A stretch of 57,300 bases of DNA, filler included, from Streblomastix strix (Eukaryota): assembly GCA_008636045.1 (NCBI GenBank). It is 2 parts of 2 records of this genome, joined end to end, with 100 filler letters (N's around TTAATTAATTAA, not from the genome) between each part and the next. Parts side by side here need not be neighbours in the genome. Positions count along the whole stretch, not along the records: positions 1 to 28,631 come from SNRW01000119.1; 1 more part is not named here. One strand, given 5' to 3'. Below the pieces are notes generated by a model, which saw only the letters and a list, made by a program, of their open reading frames with translations, did not search any database and was not told where the DNA came from. The position numbers and the translations under genes were made by a program. Positions within the stretch are counted from its first letter, which is position 1. Each line of letters starts with the position of its first letter. Shown here piece after piece: positions 1 to 15,926 of the stretch.

Positions 1-2881
<2,881 letters not shown>

Positions 2882-3241
2882 AGGCAAATATAATTTTATT
2901 TTAAATCGTACTCCTTATTGTCTGATTTATTCAATTGAGTTTAAATAAATATTATTTTCATTAACAATTTAATTATAAATTGCTTAGGAATACTAAATTG
3001 CGAATCAAATACTGTAGTTTCTATTTCGATTTTCTACATTTACACCAGTGCGGAGTATTTATTTGCGTAGTAAATCAACATATTTAATCAAATTATTAAT
3101 ATATTTACTAATATAGCTACATTTATACTAACTATGAGCAAAGATTTAAAACAAAAATATAAAATCACGTTTATATGCTAATATATAATAATTTATAGTA
3201 TAATTTTATCCCCCACTTACTTTCATAATTAATATTCTCAG

Positions 3242-6200
3242 ATGGAAAAAAAGAGACTTATAGTTGTCTAGGCGTGCAATAGATGTAGAATTAAGAAAAT
3301 AAAATGTAACGGCGAATCTTAGTGTCAACAATGTAGGTCTAAAGGATTAACTTGTGAATATGAGCATAATCAAAATTAAAGTAACACAGCAAATGTAAGT
3401 TAAAATCAATAATTACAGTTTATCACTTAATCATCATTAGCAGAATTTCCAATAAATTCTCAAGTTTCACCTTATTATGATACAATTATTGGATTTTTAG
3501 ATTTAGGATAATCGAAATACTTGTATTTATAAGTTTTTTGTTAATTTATTAATCCTTTCTTCAACTTTTATGGCAATGATATCTCATTTTTCTAATGTTT
3601 TCCATTCAAAGCCAAGAAATTGCTTCTCCAGCTGAAAAATAACGATATTAATACCAAATTTAATCATTATGAGCATATGATGTTACACTATTTTGATGCT
3701 TTGCATCTATAATTTTACACTTTGATAGCATTTGCTGCTAAAATACTTGGACATAATTAAATGATGTAACTAGCTGTGCGATAAGCTCGTGCATATGCAA
3801 GTGGATTATTTGATGTAGCTGGCAATATTGCTGAACACGAAACTCTTGTTTCTCGCCGTACTAAAAGAATTATAAAACCAATTGAATTTATAATGAAGGA
3901 TATTAATGAACCAGTAGAAAACAATTCTGCTTTCATTGAAATATTTGATGATTATTTTAATTAGAAGTAATTAATGAATAAATAGAATAATGTCTCAAAG
4001 CCTCCATTAGAAAAGTTAGATGATAAACAAAGTAAGAAAATCCCAAATATTGTATCCCAGACTGAACAATCAAATTTTTCTAATCAAACAAACAAATTAA
4101 ATGAGAATGAGACCAATGAAAATAGAGAATAGCTTCAAAGCATTGCATACTAATTTCATCAAATAATTTATGGATCTCCAAATTTGAGGTTTCTTGTTAG
4201 AGCACTGATAGTTAGTTCAGCCACAACGCATGCATTAAAACGATCACAGGCAGAAATAATGGAATCTGTCTTCGTACTCGAATATGAACATGGATTGTAC
4301 ATGCTGTCAAAGTTTTTCTTTCTCTTCCCCAATTCTCACAGATCACAGCAACTTTCTTCAATACTTTCTGATATTCATAATTCAAATTACTGCTAAGAAA
4401 TTAATAGAACTGACAATTTTCCATTTCATCAGATGATTATGCATCCTGAGCTTTTAAACAAATCTCCGTAGCATGACTTCACTGCACTTTCATTTATATA
4501 ATGGATTAATGAAATTCAACTTAACAATCCATGACAAACAGATTTAATAAATTAGTCGGATGAGAAAGACAATATATGTTAATAATAAGGAAATGAAAAT
4601 GAATAATAAGATTATTTGAATGAAAGAGAAAAATTAATAAATGAATCAACTGAAAAAGCTGTAGATGATTCGGAGATCCTTAAAAAGAATTCTCTATTGA
4701 AACGTGATAATTTTATATGCATAATTTCAAATCTTCTATCAACGTTATTTTCAATTAATTCATTACTTAAAGAAAAAGAGAAAAAGATTATTTCAATTCC
4801 AAGATCAAATATTTTAACAAATATAAATCAAATTAGAATAAATAAGTTAAGCGGAACAGATGATAATCTCTCACATCGAGATTTATTCGTTCTTGGTTCA
4901 TTAGAATTAAGAAAACTTTATTGTCCAAATTGCATTTAACATAATAATCAAAACGATTTCAATCATTTCAAACAAACTATAAATGCCGATTAAATATCGT
5001 TGAATATTGATGAAGATATAGAGGAATAAAATACAATAAATTGCATTAATAATAATATAAATAATGAAAATAATAGAATTGATTAATTAAGAAATATAAG
5101 ATTAGAAAATAATAGCAACCAAATGAAGAAAAATAGAAAAGATAAAATGCAAAATCCTTTCTTTGAAATTTTATTTATTTTGCATATGAAAGATATTATG
5201 AAGAATCAATAAAGAAAGAAAGAAAACTTTATTTTACTTCCTTTATAATTTTAATCTTCATAATAATCAAATAATATAAATATTTCTAGTAATAATTAAT
5301 AGAATCGAATTCTAAATGAAAAAAGCAAAACAAATGAATCTGAATCATCTTTTGGCTTGAGCACTACTTCATCATTTTAAATTCTGTTTCAGGATTTGAA
5401 TCGTGACATTATATTTAAATAAATAATTTAAGAAGCCTGGGAATAATTAATATTTGACTGTAATAACATGAAAGACGTTATTTTGAAATAAATTAAGAAT
5501 AAAAGGAACTGTCAATTCGTTGTTTAGAACAAAAATATGAAAGATAGCAAAGATAATTAGATAGAAATTGAAGTTGATGTATCTGATAACAAAAACAATA
5601 ATAATTAAAAATAAGATCGCACAAATATAAGCTTGAAATATATGGACTTATTTTTTCCTTCAGTCATTACTGCTAAAAAAGCGGTTTCAAGAATGATGAA
5701 AATTAATTAAAATATATCTTCTTTATTGACATAATTAGATCAATTTGAAGAGAAATAAGAGAAAAATTAATAAAAATAACAAATTAAAAAATTACGTACT
5801 AAATCAAGTAATTAGTAATTTATTCCACTATTATAAAAATCCCAGATAGTTAATTACATTCAGACACTTAAATTTAAAAAGATTTAAATAATTATTAGAA
5901 ATTTTATGAAAACATAATTTGTACATCCGTCTTTTCAAAATATAAACAAAAATAAAAAATAAGAGAAATAAAGTTTAATGATCAAAGATAAAGACTTTAA
6001 ATCAAATGATCTAGAAAATAATCTATAGAATGGAGATTAAGATTAAACTAACAATTATCATTCATTCATGGATAGTGTAGAATAAATAAGTTAATTATTG
6101 CCTGATCATTTTTTAAGTCATTTCTCAACATATTCAGTCAGAGCAGCATATAAAGCATTTTAATATTCGCTGAATGGAAGTTTGCTCAGATAGAGAATAC

Positions 6201-9200
6201 CTTCAGCACTCATTTCTCTTCATCTTCTCCTATTTGGATCAACACCATTAACCTTGGTTCTGTTTAGTCCATAATTATTATATCACATGTTTCCTTTTGA
6301 TCTTTAAATATTAAATCAAATTTAAACTGTTTCTTTGATTAGAACTCTCGCATATTCAGAAAATTTGCTTGTAAGAGGAGGAGCTATAAGGAAAAGATCT
6401 ATTGTAAGTTTGATATAAGAAAATGAAAGTGAAGATAATGATTTGTATGATGGTGAAGATGAAACAGTTTAAAATATAAAAGTGGAAAATGAATTAAATC
6501 AAATAGATATGGAAGAATAAAATGATTTAAATATTGAACTCGAATCAAAGAACTCACTCTCTGGTGGTTCAATTGAGTATGTTTAAGAATAATAAAATAA
6601 TAAAATAAATATGGGTGAGTAGAAATCTATTAATTCTCCATAATCTTCTCATTCTTATCCATAAAAATAAAAAATAAATAATAACAGTTAAAAACATAAA
6701 AAAGATAATGAATTTTCGCCCATAAATAATATTGAAGATTTTTATTATAATATTATTAACAAAAACATTTCTACAATAGAAATTAATGATAATACAAAAG
6801 AAAACAACATTAATAAATAGAATTATAAAAGAAAAGTGTTGGAAACAATTTCACTATTAGATATTTCAGATAATTTACAAAATTAAAATGAAATTAATAT
6901 TGAATCCCAAGAAGAGTAGATAAATCATAGAGGAAGATCATAAAAAGGAAAAAGGAAAGAAAATAATTTAAATTAAACATAAAATGTATTTAAATGTAGT
7001 TGTGGTGAAATAGCTGATGGAATTAATATAGATTTATCTTGTCTGATTAAACCACATATTATATTTAAATAAACATCAAATTAAAATGCATAATCTTCTG
7101 ATTCATCTTCAACTTCTCAGTCTATTTTTTCTTAACCTTAATTATCTTCTTCAATAAAACCATAACAGAATTAAGATCCTTCTTGCATTTATGAAACTGA
7201 ATTTGACTTTTCTTCATTCAATTAAAATTCATTTTTAAATTAAAATAATGATTCTGGTCTTGAATTCATCAGAAATATTCATTTGCTAGAATAGGAATAG
7301 AAACCAAAACAAAATGAACATTTTTCTTAATAACAATTTTCATCTTCGCTTACTTCTTAATAGTAATCTTTAGAGTCTAATACTCAATTTTCACCTTCAT
7401 AAGATGTACGAGAATAAATATAACGATCTATTTAATAATACTTCTAAAAACATGGAAAATAAAGTTGGAATCTTTCTAATAATATATTGGCTGATCGTCT
7501 ATTGTAATATGTGATAGAATTCATACTTAGCGAAATTAAAAGTCGAAATAACAATCCTAATGATAAAGAAACTGATCTTAAGATAAAAACTTCTCACGGA
7601 TCAACGAATTTTCATCCACAAGGAACAAAGGAAACATTATAAAAAGCTGCAGGCGAAATTGTTTCAATTTTCAAATAATTTATTTAAGAAAACAAAATAA
7701 ATTCTTCTTCCTCATTTTCTTAATCATAATAAACATCCTCTTCATCAGATTTAAATTCATAATTACAAATAACATCTAATTAACTTCCTCCATCATTTCA
7801 ACCTTAATCCCTTTTAATACCTCCTCAAGAATAATAATCATAATTCATATTATATGTACTTCTACATAACATTCTATGCTCTTTCATATTTGTTTTCTTA
7901 CATCATTATAACTCGTCTATTATTATTATGAACTCTAATATATAAATTATAAAGAAAATATTTGATTAATTTGGAGTGCTTTATTTTATTAATGGACCAG
8001 CTTGGCTTTATATTTTAGGATTATGTATAATGATTTATGGATTCATACTTTCAAAAGATTAATAAGATGAAGAAGAAGATATATTGGAAGAAAACGAATG
8101 TAAATCAAATAATATTGAAAAAGAAATAAATATTGAATAATTGAAGAATGATAAAATTAATGATAAAGAGTAATAAAAAACTCAAACAAATAAATCTTCG
8201 AATCCAAAAACAAAATAGAATAATTCTTCATCACATCATGTATACCGTATTCTTGATGACAAATTGCTTTATGATTCTTTTCGCTAATATTTCATTCTTC
8301 TACAAATTATGAGACATTTCAAAGATGATACTTAGATGAATGCTTTATTTTGCAAACCATTCAACTTCTTTGCAGATTTATTTGCTACTTATGATGCAAC
8401 TAGTTTTATAGATCGAGATTCTGCTACTTCTGGAGAATTAAAAGATTTCACCATTCAAACAATGGACAACCCAATGTATAAATTTTAATAATAATAATTT
8501 TCTAATATTTCTTCACCATCTTCTTTATAATTTGACTCAACATAAAACCATTTAATTACTTCACCTTCTCAATAATTTCCCTCATTCCTTCCCCCAATAT
8601 TCATTCAAACAGTGAAATTCTTTCTTTAACACTGTTCACATTTCCCTTCACCTAGATCTTCAATTCCTTCTGAACAACCTGACCAATAAACGTCATCTTT
8701 TTTAAAATAAGGAGATTATGTCTCCATTCATCTAAGCTCTTCAGAAGTATTTGATGATATTATTGAAATCAATGATGATTGTATAGATGGATCAAAGGGA
8801 AATGATAAATCTGGTTTGAAAGGGATGAAAGATTAATAATAAATTGGTAAAGTTAAAAGAAATAGAAGTTAGATTTTACTTTCTTCTTCACATTCAAGGT
8901 AAATTATGTAAAATGATTCAGAGGGTATTAAACGAATCCGTTTTAATAACGATGAAAATGATCAATAACAATCAAATATTATGAAAAATGATTCAAGATT
9001 GAATTTTGGAGAGTTGATCAATTAACATGTAGGAATAAGAAGGAATAATTTATAGAGAGGAAACATTACTCGGACTCAAGGAAGAGGATCAGGGAAGGGA
9101 AAAGGAAAAGGAAAAGGAAAAGGGAAAGGAAAAATAAATGAGGAATAAGATTAAACATTATTAAATGATAACTCACATGCTAATATTTAAGATAATAAAC

Positions 9201-9904
9201 TTAATTCTGTATAGAATGGATAAATAAGCATAAATTAATCATTTCCATCAGCTGAATCAAATAACGAATCTTAACATCCAAATTTAAATCCAAATTCAAT
9301 TTAGTTTTCATAATTCGGATAATATTAATAAGATTAATCTTAATTTTAATAATTACAACTTCCTGCAAATCTTCCAAATCTTCAATATTAATAAAGTTAA
9401 CAAAAAATGGATAATCCCATAATATCTTCTTCATCAGACACTTCATATTTTGAGTAGGATAATATTTAGAATTAAAACCATCAAAATTATGAAAATAATA
9501 AATAATTTAATAATGATGATTCAAACGATTTTCTTGATGAATATGATCAATATGACAGTAGAAATGATGCAATAGAATAGAATATTAATTAAGAAATTTA
9601 AAAATTTCCTTACTTATTTAATAATGGTCTTTCTCCTAGTTCTATAGATGGTTAGAATATTCCTGAGAATGACAACATTTTTGGAAATTTTGATCAATAC
9701 TCAACAATGGACATGTAATTTAATTCTGATTTTGATTTTAATGCATCATTTGATTAAAGAAGTGATTTTTGGAACAGATTAGGAACTTCTGATATTCTGA
9801 ATGGATTGGGAATACATCCAAATCTGGTAAACAATAATTTCTCAACAGAAGAATTTGCAAATCTTCTTGAATCATCCCTTGAAATATTTGGGACTAATTT
9901 ATGA
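3242..9904 (+). CDS. Large Zn(II)2Cys6 (Gal4-type binuclear cluster) transcription factor, ~2220 codons, with one in-frame TGA at 4532-4534
   Basis: N-terminus MEKKRLIVVQACNRCRIKKIKCNGESQCQQCRSKGLTCEY fits C-x2-C-x6-C-x5-C-x2-C-x6-C. A helical middle-region-like segment follows (LQFYTLIAFAAKILG...ARAYASGLFD). One frame runs to TGA 9902-9904, ending in an acidic/aromatic tail. Confidence 0.8.
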
Positions 9905-11467
9905 ATATGATATTATAACATATTATAATATATAATTGAAATATAAATAATAACGTTTTTTTGTGAATTATTAATTAATTTATTATTTTTACAAGAATTT
10001 TTTTTATCATTCAAATTTGATTTATTTTTGTTTATTAAATAAAAAATTAAAAAAATTCAACAATTTTTCTTCTTAACAGTTACTATTAATATTAAAATGA
10101 AATATTATGAGCTATTTTGAAATTAATTTGTTATTTAGCATCTATAAAATCAATTAAAAATTAGGGTTATTCTTTTATTACTGAAAAAGAATTAATCCAT
10201 ATTAATTTTATTTTCTTGAATTATTGGAGATCTTATTAACATAGTATAATTTTAAATAATAATTTTAATATAGTATGATTATAGTAATAAAATGTAATAA
10301 AATTTTTAAATAATTAATATATGATAAAATTTTTATTAAACAATTAATGGTCGAAAAAAGTAAAAATGAAGTGAAAAATAGTTAAATGAATCAATCCAAA
10401 AATAATACACAAATATCAAATATAAATAAATATGTTTAATACACCGGAACATATGAAAATAAAATTGGGAAAATTCAAATGATTTAGAAATAAGAAAAAT
10501 AAAATTGAGAAAATTAGAAAATTAATTAAATTGCAATAATAATAAATAATAATACAAATATTTGGTAATATATACAAAATTAATACAAATATAATTAAAT
10601 TAACATAAACTAAAAGTGCAAATCTATATAGTTCCTAAGAATTTTAAATTTAAAAATTTTAAAAAAATAAAATAAGTATCTTATGACAAATAGTCATTCA
10701 GTTTTGTTCAATTTTATCGTAATTAAATTTAAATAATATGTTAGTATAAATTTTAATAAATTTAAATTGCTTTGAATGTAATGTCTGCTTAAAAGTAAAT
10801 ATTAATAATTAAAATTAAAAATCAGCATAAAAATCAACTTCTGAATATTTAACTTCGTAAAAAATATTTGAATTAAAATAGCTAGACAAAGAGAGCATAA
10901 TTCTTACTAGAAACTGAAAGATTTACAAAGAAGAAATGAAGTACAAATGAAAGGATAACTTAATTGTAAAAAATAAACCGATCTTAACTATATATCAGGA
11001 TATATCAGTTATATTTTACATGTACAAAAAATATTATTTCCATTTTTTATATTTATTATTACATAAATGATTCTTGTAGTGAATTAAAATGATTATTCGA
11101 CTAAATCTATTTTCTGCACTCTTCTCAGTTCAAAAATTATACCTGTAATTATTTTATTATAGTTATATTTATTATCTAGCATATTTTTATTCTTCACTAT
11201 TTATATATCAAAAATATATGCAGAATAAACCTATTATAATTCTTAACAAATAAACAAGGCGTCAAACTCTAGCCTAATTGAATATATTCTAGATATTATA
11301 TGAATATTTTGTATTTGTCTGTATTTAACAAAATCCATTCATTTTTTGCCAATAAAATTGCTGATATCGAACTATTTATTGTATAATCTTTTTTCTTTAT
11401 TTATTACTCTTAAAATAATTGTTTAATATCTTTTTTCTTTTTTATTCTTTGAAAATAATTTCATAGA

Positions 11468-11896
11468 ATGACGGGTGATTTCTTTTTTTTATAAAAATTT
11501 TATTTTAAACAACATTTTTCAGTTTTTACACTTACCATTACACCAGGGGAACCTTATTTATCTTCTGTGCCACGTTTTTCGAGGCTTGAATTAACACGGG
11601 CAGTAATTCAACCACAGCCTGAAGGAGAAGCTACGCTTTACTTCATTAACAAGGCTTAGCATTATCCGTTATGCTTCTTATCGACAAATGGTATATAATA
11701 ACACCCAATCGATCTTATTTTCTCTGAGCAGTCTGAGTTAAAATTTGCTGTTTAAGGAACGGCTCATATAACCATTATTGGAACACTTAGCGATTAGCAC
11801 AGTGCACTTGAGATGGATCAACCAGAACAAGGCACAGATTTTTTGGAGCAATTACTTGCACAACTGAATCAATAGGAATTAGACCAATTACAATGA
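11468..11896 (+). CDS. Stand-alone nucleoplasmin-like (NPL; FKBP39/HD2-type) domain protein, one intron (11475-11522)
   Basis: MTVFTLTITPGEPY...LELTRAVI...ATLYFINKAQHYPLCFLSTNGIQQHPIDLIFSEQSELKFAVQGTAHITIIGTL follows the NPL beta-sandwich pattern. The intron is GT-AG and the stop is TGA. Confidence 0.7.
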
Positions 11897-11927
11897 AATA
11901 TCACAATTTGTAATTAATAAAATATAT

Positions 11928-12415
11928 ATCATTATTTGGATGAAATTAGATTGTAATCTAAGCATAAAAGAGAAAGAATTAGTTTACTTTCGATTTCTTT
12001 CGTTTCACATGCACTTTTTTGCATTATATACATGTGAATATCTTAATATTCAACCTTTGCCATCAGCAACTCATCAAATCATACTATCAGAATAACGAAA
12101 GAAAAAATGGAAATACTCGCCGTGCAGCGATATTCATATAGCTATATATATTATTGAACTCTGTAAATCCATTCTTATGATCATATTTTAATTCAAACAT
12201 TTAATCACGAATCTGTTCGTTTGTGAATTAGCTCTGAATATTTCTTGATAAAAAATGCCATCAGCACACCTACATTAATTGTATTATTATAATTTAATAT
12301 ATTTTCATATTATTGTTTTTATATCTCGACCTAATCACCCACAAACTTACTATTTATAAAACCATTCAATCGAGCTATTTTTTCTATAAATAATCTTTTT
12401 TAAATTTCTCAACTA
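11928..12415 (+). repeat. ~488-bp intergenic repeat, copy 1 (upstream of SLY1)
   Basis: Near-identical and collinear with 15383-15870. Confidence 0.9.
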
Positions 12416-12501
12416 GAATGTAAAATCATCTACGTATAATATTATTATTTTATTATTCCTTTTCATCTTTTTTTATTTTTCATAAAATACTATAATTAGA
12501 A

Positions 12502-15242
12502 ATGTTTTCTAGATTCTCTGTGAAAGTAAAATAAATAGGTATTTTTATTTCTTTTCTTTTTTTTAATATTGCGTTAATTCTATATAAATTTTTTTCAATT
12601 AGAGGCCTTAAAATCAATTTTGAGACTTAACAAAGATCCCTTGGAAGAAGCTAAAAAAGCCAATGCTGATGTCATTGAAATTTGGAAGGTGCTGATATAT
12701 GACTAATTTGCCAAGACAATTGTGTCCCCACTTCTGAGTACTAATTCACTTAGATCACTCGGTGTCACACTTCTTCTTGATCTCACTTCTAGACGCCAAC
12801 CTGTACCATCTGTTCCTGTTATTTATATATTCAAACCAACTGATGAGAATCTAAATCTAATTTATTAGGTTTGTTATTATTATTATTATTATTATTTAAT
12901 TTATTAAGTTATTTAAAATTAAATCCAGGATGCAAAAGAAAATCTTTATGATTATATGCATCTTAACTTCACTTCTAGCATTAGAACAGAAACACTTCAA
13001 TCATTTGCAGGTAAATGTGCTAAGGATCGAGTAGATTCAAAGATTGTCAAAGTTTATGAACACTTCCTGGACTTCGTTTCATATGAACATAATCTATTTA
13101 GTCTTTGGCATGAAAATAGCTTTAATAAATTGAACTCTTAGGATTGTATGATATAATATTTGTATTTAATACAGTTTAATTAATAATTTCATTGTTATAT
13201 TTGCATTTATTAGCCTCAAGGAGAGAATATATGCAGAAAACAGCTGCATAACTTGCAAATGTCTTATATACACTCGGAACAATGCCAATTATCAAATATT
13301 CAGAATCAGAGAATGCATAATATTTGTCTAAGTATCTTGCTGAAGCTCTTAGAAGTGAATCATCACCATTTTCAATTTTGTAGAAATAAGGAAGTTCATC
13401 AATTATTTCATCTTCATCATCTGCACCTCGCTTATCAAATGCATACACTCAAATGGCAATGCCTTCTTTCTAAGATTATGAAAGACCGCTTTTAATTATA
13501 ATTGAAAGATCTGCAGATATTGTAACAGCATTATAGCACCATTGGACATATATGGATTTAATCTCTGATTTATTAGATTATTAACCAGGAAGAATAAACT
13601 ATACTAAGAAAGTATAAACATAATCATCTTCATCATCTTCATCAACTACATCTCAAACTACTAAGCAACATTTTGATGTAAGTTTCGATGATGATTTCTT
13701 TTGGGTTGAGAACTTCAATGCTCCATTTGATACAATTGGACCACAAGTAACAAATTTAGTTTCTAAATATACAGTTGATGCAGAAAGAATTAAAGGATAA
13801 ATAATGAATGGAATTGGAGATGGAGAAAGTAATGAAGGAATGGGAATTGGTGGAGCCTTGGATCCACTTACAGTATTATCATTATATTATATATATATAT
13901 ATAATATATATTATATATATATTATTATATATTATATATATATTCTTTATTTGAATATATATTATTATATATTATTATATATTATTATATATTAATATAT
14001 ATTAATATATATTATATATATTATATATATATTATATTATATATTAATATATATTATATATATTATTTTATGTTATATATATATTATTATATATTATTAT
14101 ATATGAATATTTTATTTGATTAGGCTACAAAGAGTGTATTGGATAAACATGTGCTTATAGCAACATAACTAAATGAAATAGTAAAGAAAAGAAGCATTGA
14201 TATATACTCAGCATATGAAGAAGAACTTAGATCTGGGAATTCAAATGGAAGAATATTTGATATTCTCAATGCAGACAAAGCATATTCAGATTAAGCACCA
14301 TTAATTGAGAAAGAAGGCTAATAAAGCAGCAGTCCATAAGAATAACCAAATTAAGGAACACTTGCAGATATGATTAGGCTTCTTTCTGTTGCATATTTGA
14401 GTCCATAACCAGTTATATAGAGAAGTAACAGAGATGGAGAGAATGAATCATGGACATCTCAGATTGATGGAATGGAATAGAAATTGAAGAGAAATGGAGC
14501 TCCTTATATTCGTTCGTATGAGTATCTGAAGAGGTATTGTAATGGATGTATATATAAGAATATAAATATATTCAAAGTTGTTATTATACATATGAATATT
14601 ATTTATTATTTATTTTGTAACAATAAGATTTAAAAATAGAAATGCAGATAGACCTGAAAGCTCAGGTAAAATATTCAAGAATATGACAGAGGTAATAAAA
14701 TTATTTATTTTAGTATTCATTCATATTTTATTTACATATACATATATGAATTATTTATACAATAACAGTTATTTTCTTCGTCAATTAAATTGCCATATGT
14801 TGAAAGATTAGTTGAAGATGTTATGGATGCTAAATAGTCAGATCTTGCAGATAGTCTCATAACTATTGATCCAAAACAGGTATTTATATAATAATAAAAG
14901 ACAAATAATAATTATATATATTTATTTCATTTCACATATTCTATTCATATCAGAGTGAAATTCCAATCTCAAGTGCAGTCAGTCGTGATTCAACAATGAA
15001 AGTGAAAAGCAGACGTGCTATAGTATTTATCATTGGTGGAGCAACTATACACGAGTATCTGTTACTCGCAGACTACGCAAAGGTATTTTATACTTTTTCT
15101 TTTATAAAAGTTCAAATTCTATTACATAATTATATCAAACAATTGTTAGCGCACTTCAAGAGAGATTATTTTAGGAAGCACTGAAATATTAACTCCTTTA
15201 TCCTTCCTCTAGCAACTACAGCTTTTATAGCAATAGCAATGA
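12502..15242 (+). CDS. SLY1: Sec1/Munc18 family protein Sly1 (SCFD1), multi-exon
   Basis: Motifs WKVLIYDQFAKTIVSPLL...LRSLGVTLLL, RPLLIIIERSADIVTALQHHWTY and AIVFIIGGATIHEY...GSTEILTP. GT-AG introns include 12539-12602 and 13873-14123. Confidence 0.92.
13873..14123 (+). repeat. TA/TTA microsatellite-like SLY1 intron
   Basis: About 250 bp of almost pure A/T short repeats between a GT donor and an AG acceptor; the flanking exons join as DPLT|ATKSVLDKH. Confidence 0.8.
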
Positions 15243-15382
15243 AGTCTTTGCTTATTATAAAATATAAATGTCTTATAAAAATTACCAGATTAAAATAAAA
15301 AATTCAAATTTTATAAAAAAATTTTAAATAGACATTTATTGGTTGTAATTTTATTATTTTTATGTAAATAATTGAATTTTAA

Positions 15383-15870
15383 ATCATTATTTGGTTGAAA
15401 TTAGATTGTAATCTAAGCATAAAAGAGAAAGAATTAGTTTATTTTCGATTCTTTTTGTTTCACATTTACCTTTTTGCATTATATACATGAGAAAATATTA
15501 ATATTTAATTTTTGCCATCAGCAACTCATCAAATCATACTATCAGAATAACGAAAGAAAAAATGGAAATACTCACCGTGCAGCTATATTCATATAACTGT
15601 ATATATTATTGAACTCTGTAAATCCATTCTTATGATCATATTTTAATCCAAACATTTAATCACGAATCTGTTCGTTTGTGAATTAGCTCTGAATATTTCT
15701 TGATAAAAAATGCCATCAGCACACACACATCAATTGTATTATTATAATTTAATATTTTTTCATATTATTGTTTTTATATCTCGACCTAATCACCCACAAA
15801 CTTACTATTTATAAAACCATTCAATCGAGCTATTTTTTCTATAAATAATCTTTCTTAAATATCTCAACTA
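15383..15870 (+). repeat. ~488-bp intergenic repeat, copy 2 (upstream of UPF1)
   Basis: Near-identical to 11928-12415, same orientation. Confidence 0.9.
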
Positions 15871-15926
15871 AAATAAATTATTTTTGTGTAATTTATTTTT
15901 TTTTATATACTTGTAAATCATTCAGA

